DNA of 64,000 nucleotides from Camelus dromedarius (taxonomy: Eukaryota), in assembly GCF_036321535.1 (NCBI RefSeq), contig NC_087436.1, positions 55,368,001 to 55,432,000 on the forward strand, read 5' to 3'. Positions 51,100 through 64,000 of this stretch are shown here, in pieces. How positions within the stretch are numbered: position 1 is the first letter of the stretch; each line of letters opens with the position of its first letter. Position numbers and translations under genes: made by a program. The notes beneath the pieces are model-generated. The model ran no database searches and was not told where the DNA came from. It worked only from the letters and a program-made list of their open reading frames with translations.

Positions 51100-51555
51100 C
51101 GTCTTAGATCATGTTCCCTACAAGCAGAGTCTGAGAAATAGATTCTTGTGCAAGTGATGTATTGAAGAAGTGGTCTGGCTGACACCTGTAGCAAGTGAGG
51201 ACAGCGGAATAAGTCAGGGAAAAGCTAGGCACAGATGTGAATGCAGGTGAAGTCTGGCCTCGGTCTCACTGCACAGGGAATCCTGGAGTGAGGAAGGTAC
51301 CACTGCATTGTCCCACCTGAAGCAAGGGCCCTTGCTTTTCACCCTTGTCAATAACTCATTGCTCACAGGCTGCCTAGGAGATGGAAGGGGAGCATAATTT
51401 CCTATATATTTCCTTGCCAAGCAGTTTCCATCAGAAGAGGGCAATATTCAAAGGAAGAGGCAGCTGTGAGCAGCTGGCAGTCTTGGCAACTGAGAGATGG
51501 GTGAAAAAGCCCTCAAAGTAGACCTGAGCAGGGCAACAGCCGTGCCTGCTGTCCA
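51100..51555 (-). mobile_element. LTR16-like ERVL LTR
   Basis: 'ttccctacaagcagagtctgagaaatagattcttgtgcaagtgatgtattga...cagggaatcctggagtg'. Confidence 0.8.
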
Positions 51556-51933
51556 GGTCAAATTCAGATTCACTATTCTGGTCTGACTTGTTCCCACATA
51601 GCTACACCAGGATTGAACATAGTACCCATTGCCTTTAAGATGGGAACTGTGAAGTGGATGTACATTTGGCTTACCAAAGTTAATACTGATTTGAAATCGC
51701 AGTGTAACGTATAAATTGGCCAACAACAACAACAAAAAAAAGAAAGAAAAAAACTTGTTTTGCAATTTATGGATGAAAATCATAGGGTATTCTGCATTAA
51801 TTCAATCCACATTTTACCCCTGTTTCCAGTAATTTAATAATTTTAATATTCAGTAAACTATAAATTTAAATGATATGATTGTAATGTTCCTGTTATTAAT
51901 TTCTGTTCTTCCAAAGAACTCCCATACAATGCA

Positions 51934-52575
51934 GGATCATATGGTAAGCTAGCAATCCCACTCTTGGGCATATATCTGGAGAAAACTATAATTCGAAAAG
52001 ACAAATGCACCCCAGAGTTCGTAGCAGCACTATTTGCAATAGCCAAGACATGGAAACAACCTAAATGTCCATCGACAGATGACTGGATAAAGAAAATATG
52101 ATATATATGTACATGGAATATTAATCAACCATAAAAAAATTGAATAATGCCATTTGTAGCAACATGGATAGACCTAGAGATTTCATACTAAGTTAAGTAA
52201 GTCAGACAGAGAAAGACACATATCATATAACATCACTTGTATGTAAAATCTAAAAAAAAATTATGCAAATTTTATTTACAAACCAAAAACAGACTCATGG
52301 ACGTAGAAAACAAACTATGGTTACCAAAGGAGAAAGCATGGGGAGGGATAAATTAGAATTTGGGATTGAGAGATACACATTATTACAGATAAAATAGATA
52401 AACAAGGACCTTCTGTATAGCACAGGGAACTGTATTCAACTTTTTGCAATATCATATACTCGAAAAGAATCTGGAAAAAATATGGATGTATATGTACAAC
52501 TAAATCACTTCGCTGTATGCCTGAAACTAACATTGCAAATCAACTGCACTCAATAAAAAATAAAATTTAAAAAAA
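51934..52575 (+). mobile_element. Young cetartiodactyl-type L1 3' end with a tiny 5' inversion
   Basis: 'agcaatcccactcttgggcatatatctggagaaaactataattcgaaaag...cacagggaactgtattcaa...ctgaaactaacattgcaaatcaact' plus A-rich tail. Confidence 0.95.
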
Positions 52576-55304
52576 TTCATTTTGTGCTGTTTAAATGTTG
52601 TATACAGGAAAAGAGAATACAAAATGATCCACTTCTATTTTTCTTAATTTCATTTAGGAGATGAAAAAGACTAAATACATAGCTTAGTGATTAAAAAAAT
52701 GATAGTAATTATGACAACTGGTATTTAGTCACGCTTAAAATAACTACCAAATTATTTATGAAACAATGAGTTTCATAGCTTTTATCATATCACAGCCCTT
52801 AAATGGTACATAAATCTGGGCTTTCCCGTGTAAGAAATTATCCTCAGAATAAAACTGAATTGTATTTTAAGGAAAAGGTAAAGGTCTTCTTTTAAAGCAA
52901 TCCAGGTATGCTGTTTCAAATGCATATATATTTATTTAGAACCATTGTTTTACTTCACAAAGAGTTGCTTTTACTGAAAACCTAACTCTATTTTTTTTCC
53001 CCAATACCTTGAGGTTTTAGTTTTCTTATTTTCTTTTCACCTATAAAAATATTTGGTGTGTTCTTTGCTCAAATTCTCAAATTACTAAAATAAGTTTTTT
53101 GCAAATGATATTTAAAGTTTTTATTGGTATCAGATACTCTGACTTGCTGACATCAGAGTATGAAATTACTGTCTATTGCAAATGATAGATTCTGGAGTGA
53201 TTTCAAGTCACAACAGGCTAGTGGATGGGCTTGTGCTTTCAGATCTTTCTCCAAGCAATGACTCAAGTGTATAAATTAATATCAATCCAGTGTTGCCTCG
53301 GCACCTAGGTATTTATTCTACACAGGAATTTCTAATATTGATTACAAGTCATATGAAGTTAGACTGATATGCTTCCTTCCATCTTCCTTCCAAAAATAAA
53401 TTATGCCAGAAATTCAAGGTTAATGGAGCGAGCTCATTATAATATACCTCTTCTGGGCATTGCTTTCACTTTAGTTAAGTATTTGAGGAAATTAGACAGG
53501 TGCAAGTATGCAGTGTGAACGTGCATACACATCCTCAGATTGAGTCAATGTGAAATTACAAGAGCAAGTTAGGAAGAAGAGTTCTGGTAAGATCATATGA
53601 GCCCACAATGTAGTCTTTAAAACCAGTAATGGATTTTCAGTGACACTAAGAAAGTGTTCATCCAAACTATGACTTCAGTGCCTAGTTGAAATAGAAATGA
53701 CAAGGCATGCTGATTAACTGAGTCTAACAACATAGCAGGGTATAAACAAGTCAGATTCACCCTTTGTCAGTTAGTAGAACCATATTAACATAGGAGTAGC
53801 ATATTGCATTTTGTGAATTCTTGAAGAATCAATGTAAATTTCATAGAAAGATAATATGCATCCATTGCTGATTAAGATCAACTGTCTTGTTGTAACTTGA
53901 GAACAATTTAGTAATATTAGCCAATTGAAAAAGCAATATACATTTTCTTTGGTATGCTATAGAACACAGACTGGGACCACTTGCAAACTTGGTCATTACT
54001 TAAGGATTATTAAGGATTATTTTGCTACAAAAAATGTTTTGTTTAACATTATTTCATATAGAGGAAAAATATAAATAACCTTCAGGTCATAATATTGGTA
54101 TTTGAATGCACTAGATCCTTAATTTAGAATGCTACACAGCCATGTAAAATGGCTCATAGAAATGCATTTGTTATATAAAACAATATTATATCACCAAGGT
54201 AAATTAGGTTAAAAATATCATATGCAGCATGACTTTAATTTCATTAAAATTTAAAGTAAATGCATACAGATACACTAATTTTAATAGTGGAAACATGTTA
54301 AGATTAACTATTTCAGAATGAAATGTATGGTTCATTTTCTCTCTTCAACTTTATCATATGACAATCTCTGGGTGTTTTTTAAAAAATAAGAATTTCTTTT
54401 TGGAAAAAAGTAAATTAATTGAAAGGTTTAAAATCTCCCACAAATTGTATAAAACATAATTTATAATCTTCTGAGTAATCTTTAGAATTGTACCTCTAGT
54501 AGGACTTTTTATGTAAATGATGTATGTTTATGTATACCCAACAAATCTGGGCTATTTCTATGAGATAAATGCCTTCCACAGAAAGTCCACTGTTTTTAAA
54601 TGTAATAAAGGAGATATTTTCTGCATTATTAGCCAAACATAATAATGAGAAATCATTGATTGGCTACACTTAAGTCTTGAAGCAATAAAAATGCCCCTCT
54701 CACATTATATTTAGCAATCTAAAAAAACCAGAAACCTGATAAAGGCTTTAGCTGAGTCTAATAAAAACAGCCCCTATTATGTAGCCTGCAGTGCTCAGTA
54801 AGATGGCCTTTTCTTGGCAGAATGAGCAATGATCTTTAAGAATACTTGAATTACTTTTTTTTTAACTTAATAGATATACATCTTTGATGACTAACTCCTG
54901 AATTTCTGACACACTCTTTAATACTATAAGAATATTGTTTTACGAAAAAAAACAGTTTTATTGCCCATGGAAAAATTTTGTGATGTGTCTACTAGTGAGA
55001 ATTTAAGCACACTTATGTAACATTACTAGAATACATTGAAAAGATAATTAATACTTCATGCAGTCAAAAGTGCAATTGGCATTAGTTGTTTCTTGAGAAG
55101 AAAACTTGTGGCATGCTTAAAAGTCAAAGACAGGGCATGTTATTAATGAGATGATTTCACCCTGAAACACCTTGAAAAGGAGAAGAAATCCATCTATGAG
55201 AAATGTAATAAAATTGCCCGGTGTGCTACATGGAAAGAGCACTAGTTGACATGACTAACCCCTATCTAAGCAACAGTTATTATATATAATCTCAGCTTCA
55301 TTAT

Positions 55305-55405
55305 TATTTCATTTGATCATTCACTCATTCATTCATTGATTCATTTACTTTATTATAGCAGACTATTGCCAGATAAAGAAGAAAAACAAGAATAACAGCT
55401 CAATT
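55305..55405 (-). mobile_element. L2 3' tail, (CATT)n
   Basis: 'tcattcactcattcattcattgattcattt' followed by L2-like 'gactattgccag'. Confidence 0.55.
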
Positions 55406-56769
55406 ATAGCTAGAATCAAAAAACTTACAACATGTCACCAGCAATGACTACTGAATCTTCAGAGCATAGATCTTGGCAGCAGATAAAGAGTACCTATGCT
55501 TTAGTTTCCTTAGAAATGAAATTGGTTAAAACCAATTAGAGGAGGGAGTGGTGAAACCAAAAAGCCAATGCCTAATGAATGATTTGAAAGAAAATTTGAT
55601 TCTGCTGAAGATGCAAGTATCAGGTAACTTCTTGAAGTTTAAAACTTTTCCTACTCTTCATTTCTCCCCACCCCCCACCCCAACCCTGAATACGGCTGCC
55701 CAGCTGACAAGTGCACACTGTACTTTTAGATGCCAAATACCTGGAAGCACATGTCAGGCATGATTATCAACAGCCTATGCTACGTGCCAATTTATGCCAC
55801 AGGGGCTCTGGGAGTGTGTACAGGTTGTTAGAACGCAGTGCCAACAAACTGTGTGTAGCACGCAAATAGAAGCAGAGCTCTTCTCAATCTGATCATGTAT
55901 TTCAGAACATGGCTTTGTTTTTGTTTATATACTCTGCATTTCAGAAATAGGCTTACATCTACCTAAAGGGAAAATGAAAAAGGTTAAGAGGCTGGGTCTG
56001 ATCATATATCATTCTGGGAATTATTCCCAGAAATTATATACTGAAACTGAAAATCTGTTCCAAAACTACAATTTTCTGATAGTCAAATGGGCAAAATATC
56101 AGCTTGTCATTCATTTGCTTATTAAAAAGTAGATCAGGAACATCCCTATCCATCTTTTAGCGACTATCATCTAATACTCAATTGCCTGCTCACTGCCATC
56201 CTACTCAGACATACACCTTTTTCACACAAGTAGTAAAATCTGGAAAACCTTCCTCTGGATTAAGTACTTCTTTTAATGAATAAATAATTTATGAATTACT
56301 ACCTTCTTCATGAAAGTTTGGAAAAAAATGGATAATATTATGAATGTTTTCCTATCACCACCTACTCTAGTTTTCAAAACTCTTTTTTTATGTTGTGCTA
56401 AATTTGCAAATTATGTGAATATAATGGATTTCACTTTGTGGATTTACATTTCTAACAGTTAAACCTCTCAGTTATCAGCATATTTGTAAATTCTCACTTA
56501 ACTAGATTTTCTGTTTTAATTTGCAGAGTCTGAAATCAAGGTGGTTGAAATGGAAATAAACTAGTTGATTTCTTCTGAAACATTTACAAGAGAAGTTTAC
56601 TCATTTCACTTGAGTACCAAGAAATCTCACAGAGAATTGCTAAACTTAAAAGTATCAGTGAAAGTAAGCAAATCAAAGTAAAACCTATCAACCAATCAGA
56701 GCTTAGCTCTCTTTCACCTCATTACTACTGCTCTTTTTCCTCTCTAACCTTTTAAATTTTACTGCTCAT

Positions 56770-56920
56770 ATTCATGTAGCTGACCTTGAATTATTTACTT
56801 AACTTCTACTAGCTTCAAATTGTTCATCCAAGTGAATTATATAATAGAGTTGTTGAAAGACCAAATTAGATAGGATATGTGAAGTAGCAAGCATATTGTA
56901 GACTTTAATAAATGGTGGTC
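56770..56920 (+). mobile_element. MIR fragment
   Basis: 'tagctgaccttgaattatttacttaacttct...agagttgttgaaagaccaaattagataggatatgtgaag...taataaatgg'. Confidence 0.75.
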
Positions 56921-57599
56921 AGCATCCTTTATTTCTCCTCTTCTTCATGTAAACCCTTATCTCCCACTGCATGGAATGTACATCTCTAGATACAGTGTTA
57001 AAAATGTGTGTGTTTTTTTAAATCTGGATTTCATTACTCTTCTGCAGGATCATTTTTCTGATTTTTAGTCAATGGGGCTACTGATTAATATATAGTCATA
57101 CTTAATAAGGACATCTTATTTTAATATACCTGTGTTTGTTAACTGATGTAATTCAAAGTTACTCTGATACATGTAATTCAGTGTTCTGGGGTTTTGTTTA
57201 GTTGGTTTTTCTTGGTGTCCCGCTTAACTTGTGACTAACTGCCGCCAACCAGACTTTGACTATAAACTTTAGCTGCTTCTCTCACCATGGCTTAAAAGTC
57301 CTTAGCACCTCTGGGGAATTACACATTGAAAATATAATAGATAAAGTTTTTATTATTTTTCTAGATTATGTTAAAGGTGTCTCTTAGGGAAATTGAACCA
57401 TCTAAATTAAACTATTGTGCAACTATAAAAGACAAACCGTATTTCAAAGACTAGGATCATAACTACATATTCTTTCCTTGGACAATAATCAAGATCTAAA
57501 TAAGGTTATGTCAGGTAGTTAAGATAAAAAAATAATATAATTTCAACCCTCTCGCAATGTCCTATTTTCTCTTAACATAAGTGGAATGGGGGCATAGGG

Positions 57600-57775
57600 T
57601 AGGCTCATAATTATTAGGTGCGTGACTCTGGAGAATTTACTGAAACTCATTGATTTCTGTTTCTGATTTTTGTAGTTGGGGTAAGAATAGCATATCATAC
57701 TTGGTTTTATGATTATTAAATAAAATAGTGTTCAAGTACTTGGAAGATTAAAAGTATACAATAAATGTTAAATGT
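57600..57775 (+). mobile_element. MIR fragment
   Basis: 'gtgcgtgactctggagaatttactgaaactc...tttctgtttctgatttttgtag...attaaataaaat...caataaatgtta'. Confidence 0.7.
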
Positions 57776-60284
57776 CAGTAAAGGGAAAAATTTTTAAATA
57801 ATCTAGTATCATGAATAAAAATAATGTAGATACATGATTATTCTGACACTAAAAAGTGCTTCAGGAAATGGCCTGCCAAAATTTCTATTTGTCTGTTTTT
57901 TTGTTTTTGTTTTTTAAGAATTGAATGAATAACTAGAAATTTCAAGAAGCAGTTTTGATTGAATATAGTCTGTGTTTGATGTTTATATAATATTGCTTCA
58001 TTTCCCATGGAGAATGACAACAATGTACGTGGTGAGATCCCAAGAAAAGCGCTGCACTCTTGAGCAGGGGATTGAGATGTTCATGATTCTATAGATCTAA
58101 GACAATTCTAAAATGCATGAAAATTTAACTTATTGAATGAATTATTATGTTTCATTTTGGGGTTATTCCAAATAGCCTTCTGAATTCTATGTTTATAATG
58201 TCACGTCAATGATTGGAACCTAAAAGTAGAAGGGCAATGTCTACAAGAGTGACTAATTATTAATAATGTACCAACTTTTAAAAATTTTTAAATATTAGCA
58301 GTTGCTTACAAGGTGGGTATAGGTTGCATTCTGAAAAATAAAAGTAGAAATAGTAATTGGAAAGCTAATTACTGAGTAAAACTGTTAAAATTCTGATTAT
58401 GTGTTGGAAAAGAAAACATCTCTCATACTCTTAGATGTTAATCTATTTTCTTTGTTTTAAATTTAATGTTGAACACAGCAAAAAAGTGAAAAATTTAAAA
58501 AAGACAAGTTGCAAATAATGTTTAACAGATTTCATATTAACCTTTCTAAAATCATGAAGTTACTTTCTATCATCGTATTCATAAAATTGCTCAAGTAATA
58601 AATGCATACCAATGATTATTTTGACTCATTTTGGATTGTTGAAGCATCATGATTATTGAAATATTTTCACATGTGCGTATTTCATCTCTCAAGCTATAAT
58701 GAAACTACAAGCTTGTTCACGCCAGAAGTAATAGTTAATACTATTTACACACCACGTACTTTCAATCACTTCACAGTTTCGGCTTTCTACTAAATCACTG
58801 CTGAGCTATGTCTTTCCTATTTAAACTTTCAGATATTATATCAATTAACTGTTCTAATTACTTGGCTGCTCAGCTACACTGACATGGGATTTGCCCAAAC
58901 TATATTATACAGATGACAAGAGACTAATTCAGTAACTTCGGAGGCCCCATTCCTCCACTTTGGATGATGAGCAAGAAGCCAAGAAACCCTTCGGTAGTTC
59001 TAGGGCAGCTCACTGAAGAACTGGCTGGTGACAGACTCTGAGCTCTGGGGACACAGCCTTGTTACTTTGTCTTGACAAGAAAGATCTTGTTGTCGCACCT
59101 TTGTCATGACAGGCTCAGCCTGTTATTTCCCTTACTAGGAAGCGCCCTCCCCAGGAGCTCTTTCCGCAGTGCATAAGCCAGCCCAGCCGTAGCAGGTCTA
59201 AGTCTTCTCTGGGCTGAGGGCTTATGAATTTCAAGTGCTCCTATACTTCTCTGCTCACAAGTTTGACCTCAAGAAACCCTATTTACATGTCACATCATCG
59301 TAGTAGCTAGTGGTTTGTGCATCTGTGCCTTGCATGTATGACAAAGAATGTAGAGACCTATTACTGCAAGTTTAGTCGGGGAGAACACCTCTCATCACTT
59401 AGACAAAATCTTAAAATAAATGCATGTAAGTTTGTTTTCTGGTGAGTTTGGGAGAGGGAGGGATTGTAGGATGAAGTAAAGGACATCTTTATGAATTTCT
59501 TCAAAATGCTGCAATGCCATTTTATTGAGAATATACTAAAAGTTCTTTGGCATCAACTGGATCAATGTCTTTAGGTTACAAAAGTAACACTGAAAATTTT
59601 AAACAATGTTAAACTCCAACAATTCAAGACAGAATGTTAATACTATCAGAAGTCCTACAAGGTTTTCTTTACATTTGTATAGATTTTAGTACAGCATGCC
59701 ATCACATTTTTGTGACTTTTTTTTTCACTAAATATATTATAAACGTGTTTATCCTTTTCTCATGAACATCTTCAGAAAGTACACATTGTTTCATCACATA
59801 AAGAATACTTAACATAGGGACAGTTTGTTTCTCAACCATTTTAGTACAGTCTAGCACAGTCAGCAATATTTATTAACATTTTAAACTACAGAATAATTGG
59901 CAAAAAATGCATTTGTCTTTTACTATTTATATTGTTTATTTAGGCGAGCCATATTTGGGGGGAAATCTGTGTAATGGGTATTTACATAGAAAAGCAGATT
60001 AATTTAACTTTCCAGCAAAGGGAAATATTACTTTTTAATGGCTGGAGTCTGTCTCTTGAGACCAAAGGCCACTGCCTACCTGCAGTCTAAACGTCCATGG
60101 ATCTCTGACAAGGAAATAGTCTCACCTGATGTTATAGGTCTCTTGTGATTTTTAACACTTCAATTCTAATATAGAAATGGAAGAAATTTACCTGTCATTT
60201 TAGGTTACATCACAGACTGATTCCAGCTGGGAACTTGAGAGAATTTATGAATCTCTTTCAAAGGTGGTGATTAAATTCAAATTT

Positions 60285-60740
60285 CTTGATAGAACATTCA
60301 AAGATCTCCAACAGATGGTTCCACTGTCTCTCCCATTCAACTTCTTCAAATGAATTACACATTACATTACATAAAATAGGCTCCGCTTTTCACTGCTGCT
60401 GTGCTTTTTCTCAGGACTTCTTTCTTTCTGGAATACCCTGTTTCTCTTTCCTACCTACTCTGTTTTCTGTCCAAATATTGCCTGCCTGCCTGCAAGTCCT
60501 AGTGCAAAAGTTGTCCCTGCTCTGTAGTTTCCACTGACCTCTTCTGAGCCATCCCTGCACTTCGCATGCCTGACTCAGAATTCCCCATATCCTCCCTTCT
60601 ACAGTAATAGATACTAAGACTTGTTTCATTTCCTTCACTTGATTATGAGTATCTTGATGGCATATATCATGCCTCTCACAACTTAAACGTTCCCACCTAC
60701 CTGTAATGCTGCTCATTGTTGATTCACTAGAATGTCCTTA
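60285..60740 (+). mobile_element. L2 3' fragment
   Basis: 'cattcaaagatctcc...tctggaataccctg...tccttcacttgattatgagtatcttgatggc'. Confidence 0.65.
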
Positions 60741-61221
60741 ATCATTAGGTGGCAGAGAACGTTGAGTGAGCACTATGGATATGGAATTTTAAATGAAATA
60801 CAAGTGATACATTGAATGATTATACTCAAAACATGGGACTGGATTTACTACTTTTATTTTGGCAGGAATTTTATTTAAGAGACATGGAACCTTATAAAAC
60901 CTTACTAACCATTCTGTTGATTTATTAGAAGCAATGGTATTTTTCTGTGGATAATTAGAATATCACAAATAAACAAAACCCCAAATTTATCCCCAAATCT
61001 CATTTTAATCTTATCTTCTAGAGCTGCCTTGAATTTGTATTTCTTCCACTTTATCTTTTCCAGTCAAATCTAATTAAAAAAAAATCTGAATAAGCAGAAT
61101 CGTTTCCATGAGAGTGGCAATTTCAGAGCCAATAAATTTAAATTGGGTGCTAGTCATTTGGATGATACTTGTTGTAGAAGATGGAGCAGGACAGGTCTGG
61201 CACTGTCCCCTCCATCCGTTT

Positions 61222-61300
61222 ATTCTATAATCCTGGGCAAGTTACTCACCTTGGCTCACCTTCAGTTTCCTCATCAATAAAATAAGGGGAAGGACTCCAC
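61222..61300 (+). mobile_element. MIR core fragment
   Basis: 'tcctgggcaagttactcacc...ttcagtttcctcatcaataaaata'. Confidence 0.75.
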
Positions 61301-64000
61301 CCCATTGACGTTTGATGGGAATGAAAAGCTAATGTTAGTGTTCAGTGGATGTGATCTATTTATATTACTAATTCTTGGCTCTTAGGCTTTGATCTCTCTC
61401 CTAAGAGACAGACGTTGGCAGAATTAAATTCTGACTTTCTTTACCTACTGGAAATCTTTTGGCCTGGTCATGTTTCAGGCAGATGAGCATCTTTTTAGCT
61501 TACAACATTTTCTTCAATGGAAAAATGCATTTATTTAATCAGAAAGTTTTCTTTTGGGAAACAGAATGAAACACTTCAGTAACAGTGCTTAAGGTATATC
61601 TTATGACCACATCCATTGATTCTTTGTTTCACTTTCTAGGAAGTCAGTGATTTTCAAAAGGTTAGGAAAGGGTGATAAAACACAGAGAAATATCTTCTCT
61701 AATTCTACTATTCGAGTAAGAGTTCTTCTACAATGCATGCCCAGAAATAAAATAATTAGATGTATGCTTGTTTGTAATCTAAGGAATAATGTAAGTATGT
61801 TATTTAGCATAGAGGTAACCACAATCTGAAGCTTTTCAATTATATTCAAAATGCTGACATACCAATTCTGGTACCTCATACATTTTGCTAGATAGATTTG
61901 TGCTTGACTGAATTGCATGGAGGTATCTTCATATGTCTTGAGAAATATACCTTCAGTTAATGGCACAATACACAATCTATTGAAGTTTTTCTTGAGAACT
62001 AATAATTATTTTCTAATTAGTATATGTAAATGGTGCTGTAAATGAACTCAGACCAAAGCAGTTATTAAACGGAAGAAAACATGACTCTGTCCCTTCTTAA
62101 GACTGTGATATAAAAAATTAAATATTTAATCATTTGCTAGCATCAATTGAATTTCGTATAACGTTGTCTTTCTGCCCCGGGTATATAATTTAAAGGCTTT
62201 TCTATACAGAAAAAAAATGTTTTCCAGAAGTATTTTATTATTTAAGTTTTCTTACTAATTTTAAAAATGTCATTCTTTTGTCTCATGTCCTTACAGAGTA
62301 TATCAGTTTTCTTCTAGTGCTAATTTTTCTATCACATTTGTGATTTTTAGATCCTCAATTGTTACTTTAGAGCTAGTCAGTAAAAGTTATTTCTGTTGCC
62401 TTTGAACCCAGAAAGGAAATTCTGAAGGTCAAAGCTACTCCTGCTGTCTCAGGCATGTACACACTCTCTTTCTTACTCTTTGGTTCTCACTCCAGTTCGT
62501 ATTCCCTCTATCTCTTATTAATGCCTCTAAAACATCAATATACTCTGAGACAAAGAAAAGAGGGATTCTATTCTATGTTAAGGATAAAAAGATTGGCAGG
62601 AATATGAAGAAGAGAGGCTATAACTGTCTGAATTTATAATCAGATTAAATTGGCATTTTCCGCTTATTGACTAATCTAAGAAACTTTATTATATCCAAGT
62701 TACAGAAATGAAACCACGTCACAGATAAGACAGTGTTTTAAAGAAACTACCATTAATCAGAGCCAAAGTTTTGATGTCTTTTTTTAAATTAAAGTATTGT
62801 CTAAAGGGAAACTTCAATTGTTTGTAATGTATAAATCTCAGAAAATTGATACTATATAATTGTTCCCTTTAGAATATAATCATATTTTACTTTGACAAAA
62901 TAAATGCAAAGATCAGTATTCCATGTGAATATTGTCAGAGTGATGGAAAATGGAACTCAAATCTGCCTCATTGTCAGTATTTGCTCAAGAACAATAACTT
63001 ACACTTTAATTCCAAACTCACTGGAATAAATCATGGCATTTTTTTTTTAAGTGCAAATCTTACAGTTAAGGTATCTTTATAAAAATTTTCATACTGTGTT
63101 AGTTAAAATAAAATTATTTTTCCCTTTCTCTTTTCCTTTTTTCTTTTCAGCAACGATGAATTCCTTTTTCCAAATGGCTTAGATTAAAGGAACTTTTTTA
63201 GGCAGCATATGAAGTAATGCTCAAATCATAAATTTCATTAATTGCCAAACTATGATATGACATTAGATAGAATAGACTACATTAGTATAATCATACTTTT
63301 ATACATTTCTTCATTGAGAACCATCTTATATAGTTGTTCAATTATATATGTTCAGTTGTGTGAGTGATCTGTTTTCTTTACTACTATAGACTGCATTGTT
63401 TTCTGGCACAAGGCAGTATAGATTAACATGTGTGTGTTTGTGTGTGTGTTTGCATTCTGTCCATAGGAAATGAAAACACTTGACAAAAGGAATTTTTGGA
63501 AAATGGCATTTTGGATAAAAGGCATTTTCCCCAAGGATATACAAGAAAAAAGAGTAACATTTATAATTTTTCTAGAAATGAATTCCTCATTTAAGATTTA
63601 GTTCATATATTCTAAGGAGAGTGAACCGTGCCGTGTAAATAGCTGCCTACTTTTCATGAATTTTCTAATCATTCTAAGGGAATTTTTCCATCTTAAGGGT
63701 TAAAAGCTGGTTGAAATTACATGCTTTTAATCAGTTAACAGTTTTGATAAACATTGACTAATATGCATGACTCTTTTTTTGGCCAGTTCAAATAAGACAC
63801 ACAGAATTCTTATCCTCCATGACTTGTATCCTGTTACTTATAATATAAGACAGTAAAATGCTTCCCCATAGAGTGGAGGAGGAAGTCAGATAAGATCATT
63901 CCCACTGACTGCCTTTTAGAATCTTATCAGCACTTCTAGCATCTCCCAAAGTTGACGCTATCCTTCTGTCTCAGAAATGGCATTCCTTGATTTATTTTGT

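Noticed and set aside
54001..54020. 10-bp tandem duplication taaggattat (similar at ~36287, ~42931, ~61246)
   Set aside because: Ordinary slippage duplications with no spacers; not a CRISPR-like or functional array
55746..55765. Possible p53 response element
   Set aside because: Half sites overlap by one base and carry three mismatches
61601..61975. 124-aa minus-strand ORF
   Set aside because: Non-ATG start, AT-rich codon noise, no recognisable motif

Overview
AT-rich, CpG-depleted mammalian non-coding DNA (a large intron or gene desert) with no recognisable intact protein-coding gene, RNA gene, CRISPR array or other prokaryotic feature. A large part of the window is eutherian transposon fossils: L1 of several ages, L2, MIR, MaLR MLT1 LTRs, ERV1 and ERVL solo LTRs, and a truncated ERV-L provirus (MLT2 LTR + primer-binding site + decayed gag, minus strand, ~44480-46615). 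The youngest L1 3' ends are cetartiodactyl-like, and I see no Bov-tA/BovB, PRE-1, CHR, CAN, ERE, Alu or B1 elements, which points by inference to a camelid genome. The only ORF-track entries I can place are ERV-L gag pieces and L1 ORF2 remnants; the rest look like noise. The best unexplained signals are a 217-nt exon-like segment at 25033-25249 (strong splice sites, one fully open frame), several motif-dense enhancer candidates, a double STAT-site palindrome, a 50-bp perfect palindrome, and nested insertions with target-site duplications. I found no convincing evidence of a novel biological system. Repeat family names come from my recollection of consensus sequences, not a database search, and boundaries are approximate.
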